Positions 25,387 to 37,989 of a DNA stretch of 64,000 nt are shown here, piece by piece (the first letter of the stretch is position 1; the number at the start of each line of letters is the position of its first letter). The DNA lies in assembly GCF_001194135.2 (NCBI RefSeq), contig NC_068981.1, positions 90,521,744 to 90,585,743 on the forward strand, in the 5' to 3' direction. This DNA comes from Octopus bimaculoides (Eukaryota). The position numbers and the translations under genes were made by a program. Under the pieces are notes generated by a model. It ran no database searches, was not told the origin of the DNA, and saw only the letters and a list, made by a program, of their open reading frames with translations.

Positions 25387-28215
25387 TTGGGAGTGAATAT
25401 TTCATGTAGTTAGACGATTTAGCATCTATTTTTCAGTATATTGGCAAAGAAAATTTTTCTATTGCCTTTATTTATCATAAATAAATATATATATATATGA
25501 ACCCCAGTACTTGACTGGTAAGACATCAGCATGATTTGAATGTTGAACAAAAAGAAATGAGTGTAATTTAGGCACAAGACCAGCAATTCTGAGGGTAGGG
25601 GTAAGTTGATAGTATCACCTCCAATACCTATTGATAATATTTCATTACCATGAAATCACACACCAACAAGCTTCAATCTCAGACTCACAGATGTGCTTTC
25701 TCCTCTCTCTGACATTTCTACTGCTACTACAACTACACTGACTTCTCTTCCTAAACGGTTATGTCCACTTCTCCTCAAGTACTCCTGAATCTCTCTCTAC
25801 TCACACCTCTCTCTTTTACTTTGTCATCCATATTGCATCCATCTCACTACATCCATTTCTACCCTCTCGGAACATCAACCTTTTGCATGTGTTTTTCTTG
25901 TAGCCATCAGCTTGCAACTGTTTAGACCTTCAAAGGCCACAGTACAATTCGCTCCTGCTGTACAATCATAAGAAGAAAAAGTCAAAGAAGTTTTCAGAAG
26001 AAGAGCTGCTGAAAGTTGATCTCAAAACACTGAGCCGCACAAAAGAGATAACAAGAGACCACAGTACACGAGGAATCGCTGTACTAGAAAAGACACATCC
26101 AAACTATGTAAGCATGGAAAAAGAGGCACAAAGCATGGATTTAACATCACCATGGAAATGAAAATCTCAACCCATTGACCATTTCTTTAATTTCCACCAA
26201 AAATATATATTATTCAAACCGTTACTGCCCTTGCATCAGATCTACATTTTCCTTTAAGTCTAAAACATCATCATCAACATCATTTAATGTCTGTTTTCCA
26301 TGCCAGCAAGGGCTGGCCAGTTTGACATTTAATATTATAGATCAATAGCTTAAAAGCAAGACAATGTTTCTCTAGGCACATAGAGACCAAAAGAGTAAAA
26401 ATGTTTTAACCCTTTAGTGTTTGCATTATTCTGCCAAAATTAATGCTTTTTCAGCCACATTGTTTTGAACTAATCATGCATTATCTTATAGCTATGAGAT
26501 TTTGATGAGGTAGCTGTTAATTTTTAAAACGATATTGTAGGGTTGGTGTGAGAGACCAGATTTGACCAGTTTGAACATAAAACAAGCAGAATACTTTTGG
26601 CCGGATATGGCCGGTTTAAATGCTAAAGGGTTAATGTTAACACGTTAACATAATACAGAGAAGACTCAGAGCTCACTTAACATCAAATTTCATCATTGAG
26701 AACATATTGTGTAAATCATTAGATTTGTGTGTTCTGTTTTCAGTGAACATTATCATCTTCAGCAGTCTGCAAAATAACCACTTGTATTTTTATATACTTA
26801 AGTCCAGATCATGTAACTTACTATTAACTTAAGGAGAAATTTAAAAAAAAAATGAGCATGTCAATGTCTCCATGAACACGTCTATTGAAACCAACAACCT
26901 ACCTGATTAGGCACATTGCCTAAGTGCTTAGGCTGTTGGTTTCAGTATCATAAAGGCAGTATACTGTGTCCTTCAGCAAAACATTAGTTTACTAACCTAA
27001 CAAATGCCCAGCCAAGTGCTGGCAAGAGCTGATGCAGTCCTCACACTCTCCAGCTTTCAAATCTTGGAAATTTCTCTTGGTAAAGAATGAGGGGAGCCAA
27101 GAGAGTGTCTGTGTTTGTTCACAATGACGTAAGCCCCTAAAACAATTAGCAAAAGCATAATACATGTTACCAGATCATGTTTGCTTGAGAGTGATGACTT
27201 CAGCTAATTATAATTGTCTCAAATTTTAATATTACAGATAAGTTTTTGTTGTATCTTTTTATCTTTTACTGGTTTCAGTCATTAGACTGCAGCCATGCTG
27301 GGGCACAGCCTTGAGGAGTTTTTAGTCGAATGAATCAACCCCAGGACTTACTTTTTAAAAGCCTGGTACTTATTCTATTGGTTTCTTTTGCCAAACTGCG
27401 AAGTCACATGGATGTAACACACCACCAACACCGGTTGTCAAGCAGTGTGGGGGACGAATACAGACTAACACACACACACAAATATATACAACAGGCTTCT
27501 TTCAGTTTCTGTCTACCAAATCCACTGACAAGGCTTTGGTTGGCTCAAGATTATAGTAGAAGACACTTGCCCAAGGAGCCATGCAGTGGAACTGAACTGG
27601 GAACCATTGTTGGGAAGCAAACTTCTTGCCACACAGCCACATCAACTTGTCGAATTACATAAGCACAAGCATGGCTGTAAGTAAGTGCCTTCTGCTAATG
27701 CCTTACAGGAAGATTTGATAGGTGGAAACTGCAGAAACTAGTCATATATGTGCATGCACATGCATCTTTCTGTTTGTCTCTCCACCAACTGAACATCCTG
27801 CTGTCAATTTGTTTATAATCAAGTAAGTTAGCAGTTCACCAAAAAGAAACTACCAGACTTACAATTAGTTCTGAATAGGGAATGGTGTGCAATCTGAACC
27901 TTTTAAGCAAGGCTGCAGTCAAGTAATGCCTGAAAGAAGTACAATATATAGCTATGTCCAGTTCCTAATGTTACTATTGTTCAGCCTCATTCTTTTGCTG
28001 TCGCTGATCACAACTAGGTTCTTTGGATTATAATCTTAAGGAACAGTCAACCATATCACCTATTTGGTTTTAAAGTTTATTAAAACAGTAGAAGCAGACA
28101 ATATTAAGTTATAATTATTTTTGCTTGATATTTGTTAGAATATGTTTAACTAATGATGCATACATCCCAGTCTCACTCAGCTTCATGATGATATTTGCAA
28201 GAAAACAACCAACTA

Positions 28216-30641
28216 CGGGCATGCCTCGGCTTGAGTCATTTCGATTTAAATTGCTCTTGATTATATGTTGGTTTTCAAAAATAATATATGGAAAAATAAA
28301 AATCAAGTCAAGTCATTTTACTCGACTGTCTGCCACAAATATTGGAATCGTAAAACACTAGAAAACTGTTAAAGGCACATAAAATCATGTTACTGTACAA
28401 TAAATAAGAATAAAAGCATATAAAATCATATTAAAATATGTACAGTAAATGTTAAGATACACACCATAAAGTAGTGTAGCTTAGTGAACGAAATCATGAA
28501 ATCAGTCGTGTAGTCTTATTTATTGGTCTTTCAGAGCTCATATTGCACTGTAGTTCCAATATCTACCGTTAGGCATCACTGTCACTTGTGATTGTTTTGA
28601 ATTCAGATTTGTTTATGTCTGCCTATCGGCTACTTTCTCATTCTCATTCATTTGTGACTTTATTTTTTGCCCCCATGGCTCCTAAGAAATTTCATAGTGT
28701 AATTGCTAAGCATCATGCTATAACACTGGAAGATAAACCGGATGTGATAAAACGCCATGAGAAAGGTGAAAAAGTGGTAGCAATTGCACGATCTTTTGGG
28801 ATGAGTCAGACAACTGTATCAACAATTGTACATAATAAGGAAAAAATTTTAGCACATATCAAATTTGAAGTCCTAGGGATGAAGAATGCTATCATCAATA
28901 AGAAGAGAGGCAAAATCTTTGAAGAAATAGGAAGTCTTCTTTCTCTTTGGATTGTTAGGTTGAATTGTCAGCATGCTACCATTAGTCAAGAAATCATTCA
29001 AGAGAAAGCACTGTCTTTGTTTGAGGACCTGAAGAAAAATATCCTGATGAGAAAGATGTAGAGTTCAAGGCAAGTCAAGGACGGTTCATGAGATTTAAGG
29101 AGTGAAGAAGTTATCACTTCATTAAGAAGCAAGGTGAAAACTACATCAGCTGATGAACAAGAAGCAGTGGAATTTTCTCATGCATTATAAAAAAGACATT
29201 GAAGAAAACGGATTTTTAACATAGACGAAACTGGGTTGTATTGAAAAAAATTGCCAGACTGTGCATTCATTTCCAAGGAGGAGAAAACTACTCCAGGCCC
29301 AAAGGTCTCAAAAGAATGTGTGACCATTATGTTGGGAGGTAATTGTGCAAGAGATTTTAAGTTAAAGCCATTGCTTGTGTATCCTACACACAACCCTTGT
29401 GCCCTAAAGAACATACCCAAGGCATCCCTCCCTGTTATATGGATGGCTAACTCAAAAGCATGGGCTTCTGTTTTTGTTTTCAAAGATTGGTTCTTCAATC
29501 ATTTTATCTCAGCAGCAGAGAAGTACTATAAGGAGAAGGGGATTCCTTTTAAGGTTTTACTTATCTTAGATAATGCTCTTGGCCACCTGCAAAACATCAT
29601 AGATTTTGATCCCAAAGTTACTGTTGTATATCTCCATCTGAACACCACATCTTTTCTGCAGCCAATGGATTGGGGAATAATTGCTATCGTCAAGTGTTAC
29701 TCTATGAAGTGTACGCTGTGGCAAGCAATAGCTGCAAGTGATTTTGATGAGTCCATCACACTTTGTGACTTTTGGAAGAGATACGATATCTACAAGGCTG
29801 TACAGAACATAGCAGCGGCATGGAATGATGTACAGAGCACGGCAATGAATGGTGTATGGAAGAAGCTATGCCTGCAATTCGTGAATGATTTTAAGGCGTT
29901 TGATAATGTTGCCATCAGCAAAACGTTGGTGACTACGAGCAAAGAACTGGAAATGGATTTGGAGGAGAGGATTTCACAGATTTATTTGAAAAAGACAAGC
30001 AGTCCCTGACGAACGAGGATTTGATAGAGCTTCACAAGCAGCAAAATAAAGAAGAGGAAGTCGAACCTGAGCCACGTCACTTTACCATTAAGAAAATGCA
30101 GCAAGCATTTGCATATATCGAAAAAGATCTTTCTATGTTCGAGGATATGGATCCAAATGCTCAACGCTTTTCCAAAATTATGGGGGCTTGTCACGAAGCT
30201 TTTGTTCCTTATAATGTAATCCTTGGAGAAAAGAAGACAGTTCAAAGAACTCTCGACCGGTTTTTTTAAGCGCATCGAACAAGATCAGCCAGAGTCAGCT
30301 GTTGATGTTGACGTACCATGTCTTATTGCAAACCGCATTCATAAATAGTGTCCGCGATGTACGGTAAACACCGCCAAATTGTATTTGTAAATTTAGATTA
30401 CATTTTTTTGCTATACTGTATCAAAAAATAAAAATTATTTGTTTGTTAAGCTTAAAATAGGTTTTTATGAACAATGTATTATTGAAAATGCATTCATAAA
30501 TAAAGTACAGAACAGGGAATGGTTATTATCGGTTTAGCCTAGAGACAAGTAAATTCGGCCTAGCCTAGCCCAGAGACAAGTTAATTCGACTTAAGTCGTG
30601 TCTCCTGGAACCAGTTAACGACGTAGGGTGAGGTATGCTTG
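28216..30641 (+). mobile_element. Full-length decayed Tigger/pogo DNA transposon (~2.4 kb)
   Basis: Frameshifted transposase from ATG 28675: CENP-B-like HTH (ITLEDKPDVIKRHEKGEKVVAIAR), then DDE motifs NIDETGL, LLILDNALGH and LQPMDWGII. TA-flanked termini cgggcatgcctc and, on the reverse strand, caagcatacctc. Confidence 0.88.
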
Positions 30642-31842
30642 TATTTACTTCATTGAGTATCGTTCAAACTGGTAATGTTTCAGTAGGACAATATCCTCGT
30701 ATCTTATTTGTGCTGAGAGAGTAGGGAAGGGCACACACACACACGCACAAACGTTCAGTCGAATACTTGAATAAAAAAAAAAAAGACGTCCATCAATTGA
30801 ATTTTGTTAGTTAATTTTACGATGTCGTTATCACTATCTTGAAATAAATGCGTTTATGAAAGGGTGCATACAATAAAATAATATAAAAATGATGGCATCG
30901 TACCAAAATAAATAGATAAGTTAATGTAAATAAGGCTTATATTATGCATCAATATCCGAAGCGTGGACGTCAGCTATTCGGCATTTCCCTGTTGCAAAAA
31001 GAAGAGACCAAAATAAATATTGCTGAAGAAATCATAAGCTTAAAAAGCAACAATTTTTACCCAGCTCTATCAAAGAATCGATTTTTTTTCCTTTACAGAA
31101 TCACATGACAAAGTAAATTAACAGATTAAGTAGAAATTTCGCTAATAGTACATTCAGAGTAGTGTTGTTAATTGTGGTTTATGGGTGTTTTGATTTTGAA
31201 ATATATGTCAAACACATAATTTCTTCTTACAGGATATTTTTGTAAATAAAAAAAAATAATGAAAATAAATAAAAAATGAAATTAAACAAAGAATACAATG
31301 AGTGTAATTAGATATATATGAATAGGGCCTATAAAATCGTGAAAACAAACTAGACAATGATTTAAGTGAACGAAGGGAGTAGGAAGGTCCAGGGAGAAGA
31401 ACTTTAATAAAGCGTTCGAACTGTAATTGGTTGTGGTTAGGGTCAAATAAATCCTATCGAGCAGATTTATGATCAAAGGCATTGCATCGACAACCACTAT
31501 GTCCTGTTTCAAATTTTCGGTAACCGTGTGTCCAAAATTACGTTATCTAACGTCCTTCCGGTTTTAAAAAAGGTCGAGTGTGATTTAGACATTTAGCTGC
31601 TATTTCTAATAGATCGAACGATCACGCAGTGGTTCTTTCGTTGGTTCAGTCCATTAGTTTGTCTCAATAAAACACAATACTCTCTCTCTCTCTCTAAATG
31701 TGTTTATTACGGTAGTTAACGTGAGGCATTCTTGTATAGTTATGCTCTTATATATGTGTGTGTATATATATATGTGTTTATTACAGTAGTTAANNNNNNN
31801 NNNTTAACGTGAGGCATTCTTGTATAGTTATGCCCTTATATA

Positions 31843-31876
<34 letters not shown>

Positions 31877-33901
31877 CGGACCAGTGTTATGTTTCCGTAA
31901 GCTTATATCACTGAGTATTAGGTAATAAACTATCCTGAAGCCGACCATGCAGACTTCTGTGCGGTCGTTGAATCTACTAGAAACAACAACCAAACCTTGC
32001 TAAACTCACACGTCATACAGTCTTAAACATGGAAGGACTACAGTGCCTAATATAATTCTACTAGAAATATACAAAACTCAAACATGTACAACTGTGAGCA
32101 ACAAAACACTAACGTAATTAATTCTTTAAAGGCGAAATAAGACAAAAAAAACAAAGACTTATTTAAACGAGGTTATAAAATAAGAAATCTTCGTGGATTA
32201 ATTTTTGTTTTATTTTTATCATCATGAACTTTTGGCGAAATATATTCTCCGTCCTACCTTTAAAAACATCCAAATTTTTCTCAAAGTATTTCTCATTGTT
32301 TTTTTTTTAAAAAAAGGTCACTATGATAATATAATGATAATATATTCATAGATGGAATGGTCACGTTCGGAATAAATTTTGCTCATAAGTCTGACTGACC
32401 AAGGCCCGGAGCTCCACAACAATCAACTTGTTACAAAAATATACAAATTAGAAATTTATTTGTAGAAGTTTATCTACGACACATTTTTTTTCTTTAAACA
32501 TATTTTCGCAGCCTAAATTCGGTGTCTCGTTTATAAAAATTACATAACATTAGTTAATCAGAAAGTAAAAAAAAAATTAAGAACGACTTTGCCTTTCATC
32601 TTTTGAGAGTCTGTATAGTATAAAATACCAGTAAATGCGTGTCACCACTGTTTACAGAATCCATCTAAATTATAACTGTAAACAAATGACGAGCTCTCAC
32701 TCAGTTTCGATCTTTGGCTACATACATTAAAACATTTCCACCTCAGAATAGATCTTTCCACGAGAGTTGAACTGCAAACTACGTATTTATTGCAGTCAAC
32801 CCTACATTTGACAGATATATGGTTCGACTTCTGCGGCAGGATCAGTGATTTTTTTTTTTTTAAATTTTATTTCTTTCCTTTCCGATTAAGACCGCGTCGT
32901 AAATGGTCTATGTTATTTCAAGTTTTAATTGTCCACGTTAAATATTGTGTTTTATGAGAGAGAGAGATACTTTACATCATTTTATGTTCATGAGAAAAGC
33001 AAGAACGTTATACAATGAATTCTTCAGTATTAAAATGCACTAGTAACATTTTCTGCGATTATAACCACCTAATAAATTTCTTACAAAACAGATAGAAACA
33101 GTTGAAACCCATATTATTTACATTCATTTAAACCTATCTTACCAATAAACAGAACTTCAGTCCACCTTGTCATAAAAGATTGGAAACAAAAGAAAATTAA
33201 ATTTTTAGGAACGAGACCTTTCAGTGAAGAGAGAGAGAGAGAGAGATTGGTTACAAAAGAAAGAAATTAAGTTGCCCCTCATCAGTTTTTGGCACAATTA
33301 TACAAATGCGCATCATTTGAAGAAATTGAGTAAGGACAATAGGTCATCTCTCAACCCTAACAACTCTTCAGTTACAAAATTAGAACTCTCTTTACTCCCT
33401 ATGATCTTCCCATGCTATTTTTGCTTGAGACAACAAGCAATAAAGAGTATATAGGATAAGATAGACGACTTCAAGTGACCTTGCTAATTCTATTACGAAC
33501 AATATTCTTTGTAGGATGGACGGATGTATAAAATATATATATAATGCTAATAATTCAACTGCAGATTTCCCACTTCTCTTGTTTTCTTGTGCAAAGCAAA
33601 CTAAGTTATTCACACACATACACACTTATGTTTTAACTATAACAGTTCCCATTTTCAGCTGAAGCTTTTTTTGATCTAGTTATACTTTTAAAGTCCTTTA
33701 GTCGGAAAAAACAAACTAACAAACAAACAAGCAAAACGGATATTCCTGCAGCATATGTCCACCGTCCCCGTATATTAGAAACTTTGCATCCTGATCAAAA
33801 GTCAACATATACATACATACATATATATTATATATATTAGCAAAGTATGACAATATATTAGTGTTTTGTGTATATTGAACGATTTAAAAATGATATCGGG
33901 C

Positions 33902-34060
33902 TTACTTGGAGTCCTCTTTAATTTGCAAGTTCTTCAAATGTTCATTTTCGCGTACACTCAGACGGTATTTCTTAAATGCCGGCAAATAAAATAGTACTAC
34001 ACATACAACAATGCTGCTAATAACTGCAATTTGATTAAATCGAAGATTTTTGAATTTCAT
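33902..34060 (-). CDS. Candidate 52-aa single-pass membrane microprotein, PIGBOS1-like (tentative)
   Basis: Hand translation: MKFKNLRFNQIAVISSIVVCVVLFYLPAFKKYRLSVRENEHLKNLQIKEDSK*. Basic N-terminus, ~19-residue hydrophobic segment, charged tail. ATG context is aagaATG. A putative 101-nt GT-AG intron lies upstream. The F..L.F.Q and P.F..Y pattern matches recalled human PIGBOS1. Confidence 0.5.
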   Translation of the reverse strand: MKFKNLRFNQIAVISSIVVCVVLFYLPAFKKYRLSVRENEHLKNLQIKEDSK

Positions 34061-34103
34061 TCTTTAAGTGCATAAGTTACACGTCTTGATTGCTAAATGT
34101 AAA

Positions 34104-34204
34104 CTAATTGGAAAAATACTTGGTGGAGAGCGAGAGATAAAGTCAATGTTAACTGCATTGAGAACCAAGCCTTTTCGGGAGGACGACTACAACAAACCGC
34201 TTAC
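34104..34204 (-). other. Putative 101-nt 5'-UTR intron upstream of the microprotein ORF
   Basis: Donor c|gtaagc at 34204, pyrimidine tract ctttatctctcgctctcc, acceptor ttccaattag| at 34104. Confidence 0.4.
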
Positions 34205-35155
34205 GTATTGCAAACATAATTACACTGTATCCATAGTATTACAAGTGGTAACAGGTTTTATTGAACCACTACAGGAATTTAAAAATATTATCCTTTATAT
34301 TAATTTTATCTTTAGAAATATTATATGAAATGTCGCATTTATTTTTTAAATATTATTAATTTTTCTCGTGTTCTCTTTTTTATTTTAATTTATAATTTCG
34401 TAAGGGATTTTACTTGCAAATCGGTGTTATGCCGAAAAGAAGTTCCTTATGAAAATATTACCAGCTTTCAGGACGACACACCGGCATAAAATATTATAAA
34501 TCATTCATTCGTACGAAAATGCGTGAAAATGTGTTACTCAATTTAGTTACATATTGGTTGTAATTAGTGATATAAATCAACACTATTACATACATTTTAC
34601 AAAAAATAGTAACAGATAAAGATTAGTAATTTTTTTTATATAAACAGAAACAAACCACTAAAACTAACTAAAACAGAATAACGATTGAACAGTAAAAAAA
34701 CATAAGATGAACTTGTATACATACAAATATAAATTTAGTAATTATAGAAAAATTTATTAAGTCGCATGAAGAAATTTTGATTAATTAGATAAATGACATA
34801 AAGGAAAAAAGTTAAGATATTTGGAGCTGTAAATTGCTCGAAAAGATTTTGTCATGGTACATTTAAGAATTCTTCTCTTAAAAACTTCAAGCAAACGTGG
34901 TTGCATGACACATCTTTATACGAACAGAATACCAATATATCGTATGGCTTTCTTTACATAGGAATATATTTAACTTCCTTTTGTTTACTAGATTTGTGCC
35001 AAAAGATCAAAATAACTTGTTCAAAATCCTAGCATTCAATAACATTTGAAGTTTCATTTCTGACAAATTTTTTCAGTAACTGGATAACAAAGTTATAATT
35101 AGTTTTAATTCTCATTTTTTTTTTTTGCACAAATTAGTAGAGTAACTAATCCTCT

Positions 35156-36442
35156 AGTCTTTAACGGACAATGATTCAATGATACAAATAAGATGAAAAT
35201 GGCTGTGAAGATATGGATACAATAGAGCACATGAATTTTTTTCCGGGAGGATGTGAGTTGGTGGGGAAAATGCATCAGTTGTGATAGAGACTGTGGTGTG
35301 TAGTACCTTTGTATAGAGGAAATATTAATCTACCAATATGTGCAACTGAACAACCTATTTCACTTACTACCACTGCTGCCACCATTTTTTTTCCTTCCTG
35401 TAGGCAAATAATGAATTCCAAGTAGAAGTAATGTATCATCATTGAGTTTTTGAGAAAGAATGGGAACAGGATGTTTGATATCCACAGAATGCTACACGTT
35501 GTTGACAAGAGTAATGTGCACAAATAGATGAAGTTTAAAGAAGGAGAAATTTGCATTGAAGACAAACCATTACCATCACCCGTGACCACTGACATGAATT
35601 GTTAGCAAGTAGGCAAGTTGAGTCACAATCTGTGAGCTGGCTACATATCTGAACTATGGTCACAATTCATTACAAAAGATGATGGAAAATTTTTGGTATT
35701 GAAAAATGTTTGCAAATTGGTTACTTTGGCAGTTGACACCCAATTTGAAGGGGAAATGGGTGGAAGTCTGTTCTGATCTGCTGGAAGTGTTTGAAGTCAA
35801 TAAGGACATGTCTTTATTTCCTGATTTGGTGACAGGGTATGAAAGATGGCCTATCTTTGTGATCCAGAATTGAAGGCACTGCTCATGGAATGATGTCACA
35901 ACTCTTCTCCAAGGCCTAAGGGTTCAAGGGCCAGTAATTAACATAGGAAGTCATGGTAACTGTTTTTTGAGGTCATGAAGGCATCATTCGCCTTGATTTT
36001 CTGGAATAGTGAGCAGTGCACTGAAACATTCAAAATGCTTAGAGAAGCCATTAAGAGTAAAAAAATCAAACAAGGATCTGAAAATGATCTTCATTCCCCA
36101 AGACAATGTGTGACCACACACATTTTTGAAACTAATCAGGCAATTGACAAACTGGATCCTTCATCCACTGTGCACTCTGACTTCCACCTGTAAGATCCAA
36201 TGAAGGAAAGTCTTTAACAGACAATGATTCAATGATATAGATGAGATGAAAATGGCTGTGAAGATGTGGATACAATAGAGCACATATGAAGTTTTTTCCA
36301 GGAGGATGTGAGTTGATGGGGAAAATGGATCAATTGTGATAGAGACAATGGTGTGTAGTACCTTAGTATAGAGGAAATATTAATCTACCAATATGTGCAA
36401 TTGAACAACCTATTCCAGTTACTACCACTGCTGCCACCATTT
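35156..36442 (+). mobile_element. Decayed mariner remnant with duplicated 3' portion
   Basis: Transposase-like fragments SIIEFLRKNG, VMVTVF*GHEGII and FNDIDEMKMAVKMW. A ~230-bp direct repeat lies at 35156-35387 and 36209-36442. Confidence 0.65.
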
Positions 36443-36854
36443 AACATACTTCTTCCATGCTGACATGGGTTGGACAGTTTGCTAGGAATTGGCAAGTCAG
36501 AAAACTGTACCAAACTCTACTGTCTGCTTTGGCATGGTTTCTACAACTGGATGCCCTTCCTAACACTAACCACTTTACAGAGTGAACCTGGTGCTTTTTA
36601 CATGGTGCCAGCAGCAGGGAGGTCACCAAGTAATTTGCAAGACAATTTGAGGGTGGAGAATAGTATTGAGGGAGGTGGCTTTGTGCCAGGTGATTAGAAG
36701 TTAGAATGTGAATAGAGAGGGAGCAATAGGTGTCTTGCAATTCAAGAGATACATGGTTACCTCAGTTGGAAAGAGAATGGAGCAAGGGGATACAGAAAGA
36801 GAGGGAAATGGTAAAAATGTGATGGGGTGTACACCCAAGTTACAGGGAGGTCTA

Positions 36855-37712
36855 CGAGGTGATGCCAAAAAGTTCCCAGACTAGTTGTGTTTAATAAAAA
36901 ATAAGTTTTAACATAACCCCCTTTGAAATAGTCACCTTGCACAGCAATACATCAGTCCCAGTGTGCTTGTCACTTCTGGAATCCAACCTGGCAGTCATTT
37001 TCCATAAGCGAGTCAAGGACTTTCCGTGATTCACTCAGGATCTTGATAGAGGTGGTGATCTTTGAGTTGCATCTTCATCTTAGGGAAGAGATGGAAGTCT
37101 GCAGGTGCTAAATCTAGCAACTAGGGTGGGTGTGGAAGCAATACCATGTTGCTTTTGGTGAGAAACTCATAAGTGAGGAGAGCTCTGTGACAGGATGCAT
37201 TGTCATTGTGAAGAATCCAATTCTTCGCTCTCCAGAGATCCAGATGCTTTCACCAAATATCCTCCCTCAAACACTTCAAAACGTCACAGAAGGACTCTTG
37301 ATTGATGGTCTGGTCCTGGGAGATGAACTCTCAGTACATAATACCATGGATGTCGAAAAAAATGATGTGCATGCTGTTGTACCTGCTTTGATTGTGGAAG
37401 TGAAGGGCTCTTCAATTGTGACAACTGCTGCTTCATCTCAGGGTGGTATGCTCAACATCTCTGTAGCAGATTTCTCAAGTTTAATGCAAAATTTCACATT
37501 GGCTCTTTGCTAAAACTTCCTGTCCATGAAACAAATCACAGACTACAGCATACCATGATCACCACAAAATCACAAATTTCACAACTTGCGAACTAAACCT
37601 AGTAATGTCACTCAGCACACTGCCTCATGAAGGTCACTGCATGCACAACTGTGTGCTGCTATCTGTTAACAACATTACAGAAATAGTCAGTGAACTTTTT
37701 GATGCCACCTTG
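36855..37712 (-). mobile_element. Internally deleted mariner element
   Basis: TA-flanked TIRs cgaggtgatgccaaaagttccc and caaggtggcatcaaaaagttcac. Minus-strand WILHNDNASCH and HPP*LLDLAPADFHLFP correspond to the mariner HDNA and YSPDLAP motifs. Confidence 0.82.
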
Positions 37713-37989
37713 TATATATAGCGAAGTGGATCAATCATTGTATAGGGTGAATGGGTGGGTAAGTTTGTGAGGTTGTAAAAGGAGAGTGGGAATATAGTGA
37801 GTGGAAACAGGTAGGAGGGGTTTTTAGGAGGATATGTTGAGGGTAAGAGATTTGACAGGGGTATGTGTGCAAGTAAGTTTATGAATGGAGAGTGGTAAAT
37901 ACATTAAGTGGTGAACATGGGTGAGGAAGGTGTTAGGGAGATGGGATGTTGGGGAGAGATTTGTCAGAGACAGATTGTGTGATGGGGCA

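Larger units (their letters stand above)
30650..34600 (-). promoter_or_regulatory. Repeat-poor, CpG-retaining region; likely promoter and 5' exons for FBXO38 and the microprotein gene
   Basis: Visibly more CG dinucleotides and fewer SINEs than the flanking introns. It lies upstream of the FBXO38 acceptor at 23958. Candidate minus-strand donors occur at 32257, 32700, 33142, 33905 and 34204. The TSS cannot be determined. Confidence 0.45.

Noticed and set aside
31690-31860. ~75-bp tandem duplication around a 10-N gap
   Set aside because: The pattern is typical of unmerged contig or haplotype overlap.
33630-33790. Second TM-like reading frame (WTYAAGISVLLVCLLVCFFRLK) on the minus strand
   Set aside because: The hydrophobic stretch derives from a (GTTT)n repeat. 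It has no in-frame ATG, and its phase does not match the upstream donor.
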